Positions 38,872 through 52,343 of a DNA stretch of 64,000 bases are shown in pieces (the first letter of the stretch is position 1; the number at the start of each line of letters is the position of its first letter). A model generated the notes under the pieces. It worked only from the letters and a program-made list of their open reading frames with translations, was not told the origin of the DNA and did no database searches. Origin of the DNA: the human T2T-CHM13v2.0 reference genome, Homo sapiens. Position numbers and translations under genes: made by a program. The DNA lies in NCBI RefSeq assembly GCF_009914755.1, contig NC_060942.1; one strand, written 5' to 3'.

Positions 38872-39542
38872 TGTATTAGTCTGTTTCTGCACTGCTATAA
38901 AAAAACTGAGACTGGGTTATTTATCTATTTATGTATTGAGATGAAGTCTTGCTCTGTCGCCCAGGCTGGAGTGCACTGGTATGATCTCGGTTCACTGCAA
39001 CCTCCACCTCCTGGGTTCAAGCAATTCTCTGCCTCAGCCTCTTGAGTAGCCGGGATTACAGGCACCTGACACCATGCCCAGCTAAGTTTTGTATTTTTAG
39101 TGGAGACGGGGTTTCACCATCTTGGCCAGGCTGGTCTTGAACTCCTGACCTCGTGATCCACCCGCCACAGCCTCCCAGAGTGCTGGGATTACAGGCATGT
39201 GCCACTGTGCCTGGCGAGACTGGGTAATTTATAAAGGAAATAGGTTTAACTGAGTCACAGTTCCACATGGCTGGGGAGGCCTCAGGAAACTTACAATCAT
39301 GGCAGAGGGGAAGCAGGCACCTCTTCCATGATGGCAGGCGAGACAGCATGTATGTGAAGCAAAGGGGGAAGAGCCCCTTATAAAACCATCAGATCTCATG
39401 AGAACTCACTCATTATCAGAAGAACAGCCTGGGGGAAACCAACCCCATGATCCAATCACCTTCTACCAAGTCTCTCCCTCAATACCTGGGGATTACAATT
39501 CAATATGAGATTTGGGTGGGGACACAAAGCCTAACCATATCA
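38872..39542 (-). mobile_element. MSTA-type MaLR solo LTR with internal antisense Alu (~38918-39215)
   Basis: tgtattagtctgttt...aaccatatca; TSD tgtag on both sides. Confidence 0.88.
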
Positions 39543-40535
39543 TGTAGCTATTAATTGCTTTTCAGATGGGTAATTTACAAATATTTTCTTCCATTCTGTG
39601 GGTTTTCTCTTCACTTTATTGTTTCCTTCACTTTAAAAAAGCTTTCTGACTTGCTGTAATTCCATTTGTCCATGTTTGCTTTGGTTGTCTGTGCTTATGG
39701 GGCATTATTTAAGAAATTTTTGCCCAAACCAATGCCCTAAAGAGTTTCCCCAGTGTTTTCTTGTAAAATTTTGATAGTTTGAGGTGTTAGGTTTAAGTCC
39801 TTAATTCATTTTAATTTGATTTTTGTATTTTGCAAGAAATAGTGTTGTAGTTTCATTCTTCTGCCTATGGCTTGCCAGTTTTCCCAGCCCTATTTATTAC
39901 AGAAACTGTCTTGTTTTTTGTTGTATGTTATTGACACTTTTGTTGAAAATTAGTTTAGTTGTATGAGTTTGTTTCTAAGTTCTCTATTTCATTCCATTTG
40001 TCTTTATGTCTTTTTATTCTAGTGTCATGCTGTTTTAATTACTATAGCTTGATAGTACAATTTAAAACCATGTAATGGGATTCCTCCAGTTTTGGTTTAT
40101 ATACTCAGAATAGCTTTGACTATTATGGTGTTTTGTGGTTCCATATTTCAGATTTTTTTTCTATTTCTGTGAGGAATGTCATTGTTATTTTGATAGAGAT
40201 GGCATGAAATGTATAGATTGCTTTGGATTGTATGGACATTTTTTAAAATACTGATTCTTCCAATATGTGAACATAGAAATAACTTTCCATTTTTTTGTCT
40301 TCTCTTTCATTTCTTTTATCGGTGTTTTACATTTTTAATTGTTGAGAACTTTTATTTCTTTGGTAAATTCCCACACATTTTGTTTTATTTGTGGCTATTG
40401 CAAATAGGGTTACTTTTTTGAATTCTTTTGCAGTTTGTTGACTGTTGGCATATAGAAATCCTACTGATTTGTATATGTTAATTTTGTATTCTGCAAATTT
40501 ACTCAAGTTATTACTTCTAATAGTTTTTTGATGGA

Positions 40536-42990
40536 AATATTACACCATTCTCACATTGCTGTAAAAACAATTGGTGACTGGTTAATTTATAAAGGAAATA
40601 GGTTTAATTGGCTCATGGTTCTACAGGCTGTACAGAAAGCATAGCACTGGCTTCTGCTTCTGGTCAAGCCTCTGACAACTGACAATCAAGGTGAAAAATA
40701 AATCTGGTGCTTGCACATCACATGGTAAGTGTGAGGGCAGGGGGGAAGTGCTACACACTTGTAGATAACCAGCTCTCATGAAAACTTACTATTGTGAGAA
40801 TGGCACCAAAGGAAATGATGCCAAACTGTTCATGGAAATCCTGCCCTCATGATTCAATCATCTCCCGACTAGGCCCACTTCCAACATTGAGGATTACATT
40901 TTAATATAAGATTTTGGTGGGAACACACACCTAAACTATATCATTTTGCCCCTGGCCATTCCAAATCTCACATCCTTCTCACATTTCAAAATACAATCAT
41001 GACATCCCAATAATCCCCAAAGTCTTCACTCATTTCAGCCTTAACTCAAAAGTCAAAAGTCTCATCTAAGACAAAGCTAGTTTATTCTTCCTATAAGCTT
41101 GTAAAATAAAAAACAAATTAAGTGCTTCCAAGATACAAATGGGGCATAGGCATTGGGTAAATACTCCTATTCTAAAAGGAATAAATCAGCTAAAAAAAAG
41201 AGGCCACAGGACCCATACAAGTCTGAAGCCCAGAAGGGGAGTTATTGAATTTTAAGGCTCCAAAATAATTATTTTTGACTCTACGTCCCATTTCCAGGGC
41301 ACACTAATGCCTTGGGACGTTTAGACCTTGTGGCTTTGCATGGTTCAGCCCCCACAGCTGCTCTCATGGGCTGGTATTGCGTGCCACTGGCTGGTTTTGT
41401 GTGCTTCTGGCTTTTGCAGGTGCAAAGTGCAAGCTGTAGCTAGATCTACCATTCTGGGATCTGTAGGACAGTGATCCTCTCCTCACAGATCTACTAGGCC
41501 ATGCCCCAGTGGGGAACCCACATGGGGATTGTAACCCTACATTTCTTCACTGCATTGTTTTAGTAGAGGTTCTCCATGAGGGCTCCACCCCTGCAGCATG
41601 CTTCTGCCTGCACACCCTAGCTTTTTTATACATTATTTGAAGTAAAGGTGGAGGCTCCCAAGTCTCAACTCTTGCATTTTGTACACTCACAGGCCTAACA
41701 CCATATGAAAGCTACCAAGGCTTATGGCTTGCACCCTCTGAAGCAGTGACTGGAGTTGTAACTGGGCCAATTTGTGCTACACCTGGAGCTGGAGCAGTGG
41801 CCAGGATGCAGGGAGCCATGTTCTAAGGCTACCCAAGGCAGCAGTTCCTGGGCCTGATCCCAGAAACTATTCTCTTCTTTTAGGCCTCAGGGTCTGTGAT
41901 GGGGGGCTGCCTTTTAGATTTCTAAAATGCCTTCAATTCCTCTTCCCCATTGTCTTGGCTATCAACACTTGCTTTTTTTTTTTTTTAAGTTATACAAATA
42001 TCTCTAACAAGTGATTGCTCCACAGGCTGCTCGAGTTCCTCTCTTGTAAAAGCTTTTTATTTTTCTGCCACATGACTAGGCTGCAAAGTTTTTAAGCTTT
42101 TACGCTATGCTTCCCTTGCAAGTAAAAATAGATTACAACTTACTTTTTTTTGCTCCAACATGTGAGCATAGGTTGTTAGAAGCAGCCAGGCCACATCTTC
42201 AATGCTTTAGTGCTTAGATATTTTTTCAACAGAAACCCTAAATCATCACTTTCAAATTCAAACTTTTATATAACCCTAGGGCATAACAGAAATTCAGCCA
42301 ACCACTTTGCTAAGACAACATGAATGACCTTTGCTTCGATCCTAATAAGTTTCTAATTTTCATCTGAGACCTCCTCAGCTCAGCCTTCACCGTCCAGATC
42401 ACTATCAGCATTTTCGTCAAAGCCATTCAAAGTTAAGAAAATCTCAACTTTCCCTCATTTTTCTGTCTTCTTCTGAATCCTACAAACTCTTCCAACCTCT
42501 GCCTGTTTACCCAATTACAAAGCTGATTCCACATTTTCAGGTATTCATATAACAATTTTCCACTCCTTTGTGCCAATTTTCTGTATTAAGCTTTTTTCCC
42601 ATCACTATAAATACCTGAGACTGGGTAATTTATTTTTTAAAAAGGAGGTTTAAGTGGCTCATGATTCTACAGGCTGTAGAGAAGACACAGCACTGGTATG
42701 CACTTCTGGGAAGGCCTCTGGAAGTTTACAGTCATGGCAAAAGTTGAAGCAGAATCTTGCACATCATAGGGCAAAAAGCAGGAGCAAAAAAACAGAGGGG
42801 CAAGTTGTTACACACTTTTAAATAACCAGGTCTTATGGGAACTCACTCACTATCATGAAGATAGTACCAAGTGGGATGGTGCTAAGCCATTTATGAGTAA
42901 TCCACCCCAATGGTTAAATCACCTTTCACCTGGCCCACCTCCAACATTGGGAATTACATTTGGGAGGGGACACACATTAAAACCCTATCA
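40536..42990 (-). mobile_element. Complete MST-type MaLR element (LTR ~40536-40943, internal region, LTR ~42582-42990)
   Basis: Two similar LTRs flanking a MaLR internal region, inserted in L1 ORF2. Confidence 0.85.
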
Positions 42991-43364
42991 GAGGAGTCTT
43001 TACGTTTTTCCAAATATAAGATTATATCACTGGCAAAAACAATAATTTGACTTCTTTTCCAATTGGGATGCCTTTTATTGCTTTCTCTTGTCTGATTGCT
43101 CCAGATAGGAATTTCAGAATTATGTTGAATTACAGCGGTAAAAGTGGATATTCTTGTCATCTTCCAGATTTTAGAGGAAAGGCTTTTAGTTTTTCCCCAC
43201 TTAGTATGATACTAGCTGGGGGTCTGTCATATATGACTTTTATTATGTTGAGATATGTTCATTCCATACCAGTTTTCAAAGGGTTTATTATTAAAGAATA
43301 TTTAATTTTATCAAATAATTTTTTAGCATAATGGAAATGATTATATGGATTTTGTCCTTCATTC

Positions 43365-43695
<331 letters not shown>

Positions 43696-46240
43696 TGATT
43701 TGCGTGTTGAACCATCCTTGTATCTCTGGGATAAATTCCACTTGGTCATTATGAATTACCTATTTATGTATTGTTTAATTGAGTTTGCTAGGTTTTTTGC
43801 AAATTTTTGCATCAATATTCTCAAATATGGGCCCGTAGTTTGCTTTTTAAATGTGTCTTTGTCTTGTTTTGATATCAGTGTAATACTAGCCTCAAAGAAT
43901 GAGTTTGGAAATGTTCTTTCCTTCTCTATTTTTCAGTCTGGTCCTACAGACATTTTTTTATTATGGCTTTAATTTTGTTACTCGTTATTGGTCTGTTCAG
44001 GTTTTGGATTTTTTCCTAGTTCACTCTTGGTAAGTTGAGTGTGTCTAAGAATTAATTTCCTCTAGGTTTTCTAATTTGTTGGCATACAATTACTTATAGT
44101 AGCCACTAATGATCCTTTGATTTTCTGAAACTTGTAATGTCTCCTTTTTCACCTTTGATTTTATTAATTTGTATCTTCTCTGTTTTTTAGCTAGCTGTCT
44201 AAATATTTGTTAATTGTTTTACTTTTCAAAAAACCAACTTTTTGTTTCATTGATCTTTTGCACTGTTTTCTTCATTCTATTTCTGCTCTAATTTTTATTA
44301 TTTCTTTTCTTCTAATTTTGAGTTTTGTTTGGCCTTTTTATTCTAGTGAATTAAGATGTATTGTTAGGTTATTTATTTGCAGCTTTTCTGATTTTTATAT
44401 AGGCACTTACAGTTATAAATTTTCCTTTTATAATAGTACCTCTTTTACCATATTCCACAGGTTTTGCTATGCTATGTTTCTATTATTGTTTGTTTCAAGA
44501 AATTTTTCCATTTTCTTTTTAACATTTTTATTGACCTACTGATCATTAAAGAGCATACTGTTTAATGTCCAAGTGTTTGTATAGTTTCTGAAATTCATTT
44601 TTTAATTGATTTCTAGTTTGTTCCATTGTGGTCAGAGAAAATGCTTGATATTACTTCAATTTTTTTAATGTTTTTAGACTTGTTACATAATATATGGTCT
44701 ATCCTTGAAAATAACCCATGTGCAGAGAAGAACAATGTGTATTCTGCAGCTGTTGAATGAAATTTTCTGTAAATATCTATTAGGTTCATTTGTTATACAG
44801 TGCAGATTAAGTCTGATGTTTCTTTGTTGATTTTCTGTCTGGAAGGTCTATCCAATGACTAAAGTAGGGTGTTGAAGTGTCCAGCCATTATTGTATTGAT
44901 ATCTCTTTCTTTAGCTCTTATAGTATTTGCTTCATTTATCTAGGTGCTTTAGTGTTGAGTGCATATATATTTCTTATTATATCCTCTTGAAGAATTGATC
45001 TCTTTATTATTATATAATGACCTTCTTAATATCTTCCTACAGTCTTTTGTTGAAATCTATTTTTGTATGGTATAAGTAAAGCTATTTCTGCTCTTTTTTG
45101 GTTTCTATCGGCATGGAATAACTTTTTCCATCATTTTATTTTCAGTCTAAATGTATCTTTACAGGTAGAGTATTTTTTTTGTAGGTCACAGATTATTGTC
45201 TTGCTTCTCTATCCATTCATCCACTATTTGTCTTTTGATTGGAGTATTTAGTTCATGTACATTCAATGTTATTATTGATAAGCACTTACTCCTGCCATTT
45301 TGTTACTTGTTTTCTGATTGATTTTTGTCCTCTCATTGTTCTTTTCTTTCTTCCTGTCTTCCTTTTAGTGAAGGTGATTTATATTTTAATATTATCTAAT
45401 TTATTGCTTTTTACTTTTTGTACATCTGTGGTACGCTTTTTGATTTAAAATTACCATGAGGCTTGAATATAATATAACACATCATTTTAGACTGTGGACA
45501 ATTTAACATTGATTGCATAAACAAAGAAACAAGCAAAGCAACTAATAAAAACTCTACACTTTAACTCCATTGCCATTCTTTTAAACTTTTTGTTGTTTCT
45601 CTTCCTTCCCTATTTTACTGTCTATGTCTTGGAAATATGTTGTAGTTATTTTTTATTGGCTTATTGTTTACTCTTTCTATTTGAGATTTTTGCACACCAT
45701 AATTACCATGTTATAATATTCTGTGTTTTTCCATGTGCTATTACTACTGAGTTCTGTACCTTCAGATGACTTCTTATTGCTTACTCACTTTTTTCTTTCA
45801 GGCTCAGAACTCCCTTTTGCATTTCTTGTAGGACAGGTCTGGTGTTAATGAAATACCTCAGTTTTTGTTTGTCGGAAAAAGTTCTTATTTCTCTGTCAAG
45901 TTTAAAGGACTTTTTGCCAGATACATTATTCTAAAGTAAAGTCTTTTTTTTTCCTTCAGCTTTTTTAATATGTCATGCCACTCTTTCAGCCTGTAAATTT
46001 TCTCCTGAAAAGTCTGCTGTCAGATGTATTGGAGTTCCATTGAATGTTATTTGTGTCTCTTCTCTTGCTGCTTTTAGAATCATATCTTTATCCTTAACCT
46101 TTGGGTGTTCAGTTAAGTGCCTTGAGGTGGTCTTCTTTGGGTTAAATCTGCTTGATGTTCTGTAACTTTCTTGTACTTGAATGTTGATATCAAATGTTGG
46201 GGAATTGTTTTTAATATTATTTCTTTAAATAAATGTTTAA

Positions 46241-46539
<299 letters not shown>

Positions 46540-47433
46540 AATAAATGTTTAGCTCTTATCTCTTTTTCTACCACCTCTTTAAGGCCAATAACTCTTAGAT
46601 TCCTATTTTGAGGCTATTTTTTAGATTCTGTAGGCATGCTTTATTTTTCATTCTTTTTTGTCTCCTCTGACTTTTTCTTTTCAAATAGTCTGACTTCAAG
46701 TTCACTAAATCTATCTTCTCCTTGATCAATTTTTTTAAGTAACTCTGATGCATTCTTCAGTATGATAATTGGATTTTAACTTCAGAATTTCTGCTTTATT
46801 CTTTTTATTTCAATCTCGTTAAATTTATCTGATAGAATTTTGAATTCCTTCTCTGCATTATATTGAATTTCTTTGAATTACCTCAACCAGCTATTTAGGA
46901 TTTCCTGCATGAAAGGTCACATATCTCTATTTTTCCAGGATTTGCCCCTGGTGCCTTATTTAGCTTGTTTGGTGAGGTCATGTTTTCCTGGATGGCCTTG
47001 ATACTTGTAGATGTTCATCCATATCTGGGCATTGAAGAGTTCAGTCTTTATTGTAGTCTTCACAGTCTGGGCTTCTTTGTGCCCATTATTTTTGGGAACA
47101 TTTTCCAGGTGTTCAAAGAGACTTAGGTCCCAAGCCCAAAAGCACAGTAGCAAACATGTAGAGGTACTGCTGTGGTGGCCTTGGATTAACATTAAGAAAA
47201 ATTCTCTTGATTTATCAAGTAGAGATTCTAGTTCTCTTCCCTTTCTTTCTCTGAAACCAGCAGTCTCTCTTTCTGTGCTAAGCCATGTGGAGCTGGAGTT
47301 GGGGTAATATAAGCATCCCTGAGGCCATCACCACTGAGACTGCGCTGGTTCACACTTGAAGTAGGCATAGAACTTGGTCTCACCCAAGGCCCACTGTAAC
47401 GACAACTTGGCTACCATATAACTTTATTAAAAG

Positions 47434-48090
47434 CCCTAGCCCTAGCCCTAACCCTAACCCCAAACCCTAACCCTAGCCCTAGCCTTAGCCCTAACCCTAA
47501 CCCTAACCCCTAACCCTAACCCTAACCCTAACCCTAACCCTAACCCTAACCCTAACCCTAACCCAACCCCAACCCTAACCCCTAACCCTAACCCTAACCC
47601 TAACCCTAACCCTAACCCTAACCCTACCCTAACCCCAACCCCAACCCCAACCCCAACCCTAACCCAACCCTAACCCCAACCCCAACCCCAACCCCAACCC
47701 CAACCCCAACCCCAACCCCAACCCAAACCCTAAACCCTAAACCCTAAACCCTAAACCTAACCCTAACCCTAACCCTAACCCCTAACCCCTAACCCCTAAC
47801 CCCTAACCCCTAACCCTAACCCTAACCCTAACCCCTAACCCTAACCCTAACCCTAACCCAACCCTAACCCTAACCCTAACCCTAACCCTAACCCCTAACC
47901 CTAACCCTAACCCCTAACCCTAACCCTAACCCTAACCCTAACCCTAACCCTACCCCTACCCCAACCCCAACCCCAACCCCAACCCCAACCCTAACCCAAC
48001 CCTAACCCTAACCCTAACCCTAACCCTAACCCCTAACCCCTAACCCTAACCCCTAACCCTAACCCTAACCCTAACCCTAACCCTAACCCT
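47434..48090. repeat. Internal telomeric tract (CCCTAA)n, ~660 bp, with variants CCCTAG, CCCCAA, CCCTAAA, CCCCTAA, CCCCTA
   Basis: Direct reading; single orientation, G-strand on minus, 'distal' end at left. Confidence 0.99.
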
Positions 48091-48389
48091 TCTAACTGGA
48101 CTCTGACCCTGATTGTTGAGGGCTGCAAAGAGGAAGACTTTTATTTACCGTCGCTGTGGCCCCGAGTTGTCCCAAAGCGAGGTAATGCCCGCAAGGTCTG
48201 TGCTGATCAGGACGCAGCTCTGCCTTCGGGGTGCCCCTGGACTGCCCGCCCGCCCGGGTCTGTGCTGAGGAGAACGCTGCTCCGCCTCCGCGGTACTCCG
48301 GACATCTGTGCAGAGAAGAACGCAGCTGCGCCCTCGCCATGCTCTGCGAGTCTCTGCTGATGAGAACACAGCTTCACTTTCGCAAAGGC
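48091..48389. repeat. TAR1-type subtelomeric repeat (61-bp-repeat-like units)
   Basis: gcccgcccgcccgggtctgtgctgaggagaac.. and tctgtgcagagaagaacgcagct units typical of telomere-adjacent DNA. Confidence 0.9.
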
Positions 48390-48998
48390 GCAGCGCCGGC
48401 GCAGGCGCGGAGGGGCGCGCAGCGCCGGCGCAGGCGCGGAGGGGCGCGCAGCGCCGGCGCAGGCGCGGAGGGGCGCGCAGCGCCGGCGCAGGCGCGGAGG
48501 GGCGCGCAGCGCCGGCGCAGGCGCGGAGGGGCGCGCAGCGCCGGCGCAGGCGCGGAGGGGCGCGCAGCGCCGGCGCAGGCGCGGAGGGGCGCGCAGCGCC
48601 GGCGCAGGCGCGGAGGGGCGCGCAGCGCCGGCGCAGGCGCGGAGGGGCGCGCAGCGCCGGCGCAGGCGCGGAGGGGCGCGCAGCGCCGGCGCAGGCGCGG
48701 AGGGGCGCGCAGCGCCGGCGCAGGCGCGGAGGGGCGCGCAGCGCCGGCGCAGGCGCGGAGGGGCGCGCAGCGCCGGCGCAGGCGCGGAGGGGCGCGCAGC
48801 GCCGGCGCAGGCGCGGAGGGGCGCGCAGCGCCGGCGCAGGCGCGGAGGGGCGCGCAGCGCCGGCGCAGGCGCGGAGGGGCGCGCAGCGCCGGCGCAGGCG
48901 CGGAGGGGCGCGCAGCGCCGGCGCAGGCGCGGAGGGGCGCGCAGCGCCGGCGCAGGCGCGGAGGGGCGCGCAGCGCCGGCGCAGGCGCGGAGGGGCGC
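48390..48998. repeat. 21 perfect copies of the 29-bp TERRA-promoter repeat GCAGCGCCGGCGCAGGCGCGGAGGGGCGC
   Basis: 609 bp / 29 = 21; each unit contains NRF1-like GCGCAGGCGC. Confidence 0.95.
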
Positions 48999-49663
48999 GC
49001 CCGAACCCGAACCCTAATGCCGTCATAAGAGCCCTAGGGAGACCTTAGGGAACAAGCATTAAACTGACACTCGATTCTGTAGCCGGCTCTGCCAAGAGAC
49101 ATGGCGTTGCGGTGATATGAGGGCAGGGGTCATGGAAGAAAGCCTTCTGGTTTTAGACCCACAGGAAGATCTGTGACGCGCTCTTGGGTAGAGCACACGT
49201 TGCTGGGCGTGCGCTTGAAAAGAGCCTAAGAAGAGGGGGCGTCTGGAAGGAACCGCAACGCCAAGGGAGGGTGTCCAGCCTTCCCGCTTCAACACCTGGA
49301 CACATTCTGGAAAGTTTCCTAAGAAAGCCAGAAAAATAATTTAAAAAAAAATCCAGAGGCCAGACGGGCTAATGGGGCTTTACTGCGACTATCTGGCTTA
49401 ATCCTCCAAACAACCTTGCCATACCAGCCCATCAGTCCTCTGAGACAGGTGAAGAACCTGAGGTCGCAGGAGGACACCCAGAAGGTCCAGAGAGAGCCTC
49501 CTAGGCCCCCCACCTCCCCCCGTGGCAGCTCCAACCCCAGCTTTTTCACTAGTAAGGCAGTCGGGCCCCTGGGCCACGCCCACTCCCCCAAGCGGGGAAG
49601 GACCTTCGCGCTGCCGCTTGGCTGGGGACTGGGCACCGCCCTCCCGCGGCTCCTGAGCCGGCT

Positions 49664-49678
49664 GCCACCAGGGGGCGC
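49664..49678 (+). promoter_or_regulatory. Consensus CTCF site
   Basis: gCCACCAGGGGGCGC, an exact match to the CTCF core, ~1.6 kb from the telomeric tract. Confidence 0.8.
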
Positions 49679-52343
49679 GCCAGCGGTGTCCGGGAGCCTA
49701 GCGGCGCGTGTACAGCGGCCAGTGCACCTGCTCTGGCCCTCGCCGCGGTCTCTGCCAGGACCCCGACGCCCAGCCTGACCCTGCCATTCAGCGGGGCTGC
49801 GGCTCCACGGCCTGCGACAGCAGCCCCACCTGGCATTCAGCGCGCTCCCGGGGGCAGAGGTCGCGGTGTCCTCACGCTGTGGTGCCGGCCTACAACCCCC
49901 ACGCCGGGCTCGGGCCCGGCGAAGGAGGGCGATGCTCCCCGGGTAGGACAAACCGGTCACCTGGGCTGCGACGGCGGCTTAGGGGCAGAAGCGGCGGTCC
50001 AGGGCCGCCTGGCGCAGCAGCCTGTCCCAGCCGCGGTCCCTGCAGTCCCTCCCTGGCGGCTGCGCAGCCGTCCCACGACAGGGGCCATAAACTCTCCAGA
50101 GCGGAAAGCCGCACCCTGGTGGCCCGGCCCCGCGCCCAGACCTGGCGGCCGCTGGCACCTGACCCGCTGCATGGGTCTCCAGGGAGCTCGCTGCCCACCC
50201 GGCGCTGCAGGCTCGGCTCCCTCGTACACTCTCTGGTAGGTGCTAGGGACGACCCTATGGGCCAGCTTGCCATGCCCAGTCCCCAGGCCGCACCCACCCT
50301 GGCTCCCTGGGCTAGGGGACTGGCTCCTCCTGTGAGTCGTGGGTCTGGGAGGCAGGGGCGTTAGGGGAGAGTGAGGGACCGAGGGCAGCCCCTGCTGTGT
50401 GCACAGCGAGGTCGTGCACAGGCGTCTGTTGCAGAGCGTGCAGCTTCAGATGAGACTGGATTGCAGGTGGAGATGACTGTGGGTGCGCACACCTGGAGGT
50501 GAAGGGGAGGCAGCCTGTCTACCTGACCCATGAAATACAGGAGACTGTACCCCAGAAGCAGCGGGTTCACTGCTCCATTGATTAAGCAAGTCTGGGACAC
50601 ACATGTAGCTAAGCTGTGAGTTCTGTACCAGCGATCCCAACACCCACGCCCTCAGAAAGACACTGGTGTGGGGCCTGGGTGCTTGTCAGGCCTGAAAGTG
50701 GAGAGCACGGGCCAGAGACTGAGTAGGGGGAACCCACCCTAGCGCTCTGAGGGACGACGATGTGGGGAGCTGGTGACAGAGCCTGAGCTGGCCCAATGTT
50801 GCACGGTGGGGACAGATTCGAGGTACAGTGGGGACTGGTGACCTCAGTTCCCAGTGTCCCAGCCTGGCCTCCCAGTCCACCCAACAATTAGTGGGTGCTG
50901 CCCTGCAAAGACTCTGGGGGTGCCTCAGCCCTCCTCATCACACGTGACTGGTGACTTCTGTGTCCACCCGCACAATAAGAGGGATCTTCTCTCACTTTCA
51001 GGCAAGCCCAAGAAAGTCAGGGGCCTATGTGAGCCAAAGAGGAGAGAAGGTGATGCCTCAGCCCAGTGTTTCTGCCCCACCTCGCTTGTGGCCTTCGGAA
51101 CTTGATTTGCACCGCAGGAAAATGGGCAATGAAAACCCCTCCCTAACTGGCTTCTCAGTCCACTCTGACCAGCCCACTGCACAGCGCCCACCCTGCAGCT
51201 CCAGGTACAGAGGCTGGGATGGCTCTGGGCTGACCTAAGGGCCTTCTGATGGCTCCAACCCTCGGGATGCCTCATGCTCACCCTTTGGCACCCACCTGAC
51301 AGCTCAGCATCTCTGCTCTCTGCCATCCTCAATGCCTGCTCTAGACAAGCCCAAGTCCCCCAGGAGTGGCAGAGGGAACTGAGCCGAAAACTAAGTCTCG
51401 GCTCACTGAACCCCAAGTGGGCTGTCCAGCCTCGCCCTTCAGTTCACAACCCCAGGCAGGTTCCCTCCAGGGATGTGATCCCAGGGGCCACAGCAGCACA
51501 TTCTGGCCTAACCTATCCACTATTTAAACAGTTACTGAAAAGGCCAGGATGGCCGTGGGCCCTGACATTAATCCCCTTTCTCTGTGAGGGGGCTGGGTTG
51601 GGTTTGCCATCCTGATGTCTTTGTGGAAAGAGCTGGCAGGTGAAGCAAGTCTCAGGGGCCAGCCATGGGACAAGGAACCTAGGACTGGCCTCTGCTGGAA
51701 CCCTCTGAGGCCCCTGCGGACAGGAGGATCCAATGGAGGTCTAGCCACCCCTCCCAGGTTGGTGCTCACAGCCCCTCCCTGGCCCACTCCCTGCACACCT
51801 GCACCTGCTGGTCTCTGGGAGAGGAGCATCCATCCATCTTGTGCGCATAGCTTTCGGCTCCATTTTCATGAGGATGGTCTCCTTGGCAGAAATGCCCATT
51901 AGGGGATCCTGAGCCTGTGCTAGCTCTTCTCTAAGTGCCAAAGCCAGTGAGAGGGACTTGAAAACTCAAGACTTATTAACATTATTTTCTGCATTTTGTG
52001 CTTTCAGGGTTGTTTTTTCCTTAAAATGTGTAAAAACAAACATTGAGATTTCTATCTTTTATATAATTTGGATTCTGTTATCACACGGACTTTTCCTGAA
52101 ATTTATTTTTATGTATGTATATCAAACATTGAATTTCTGTTTTCTTCTTTACTGGAATTGTTAACTGTTTTATAGGCCAAATCTTTTAAAAAAAACACAT
52201 CTCTCTAATTTCTCTAAACATTTCTAATTACATATATATTTACTATACCTAATACACTACTTTGGAATTCCTTGAGGCCTAAATGCATCGGGGTGCTCTG
52301 GTTTTGTTGTTGTTATTTCTGAATGACATTTACTTTGGTGCTC

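Larger units (their letters stand above)
48100..50420. promoter_or_regulatory. CpG island, probable bidirectional promoter (TERRA-like leftward, lncRNA rightward)
   Basis: Dense CpG/GC content spanning TAR1, the 29-mers and ~1.4 kb proximal sequence. Confidence 0.75.

Noticed and set aside
47434-48090. Head-to-head telomere fusion site, or a true chromosome terminus
   Set aside because: Only one repeat orientation is present and complex sequence continues on both sides.
48390-48998. CRISPR-like array
   Set aside because: Contiguous repeats without spacers, in primate genomic DNA.
48145-49048. Long Arg/Ala/Gly-rich ORFs (246-293 aa) on both strands
   Set aside because: Artefact of a stop-free GC-rich 29-bp tandem repeat.
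49300-51950. Many overlapping GC-rich ORFs; possible D4Z4/DUX4
   Set aside because: No homeodomain or 3.3-kb repeat; ORFs are explained by high GC content.
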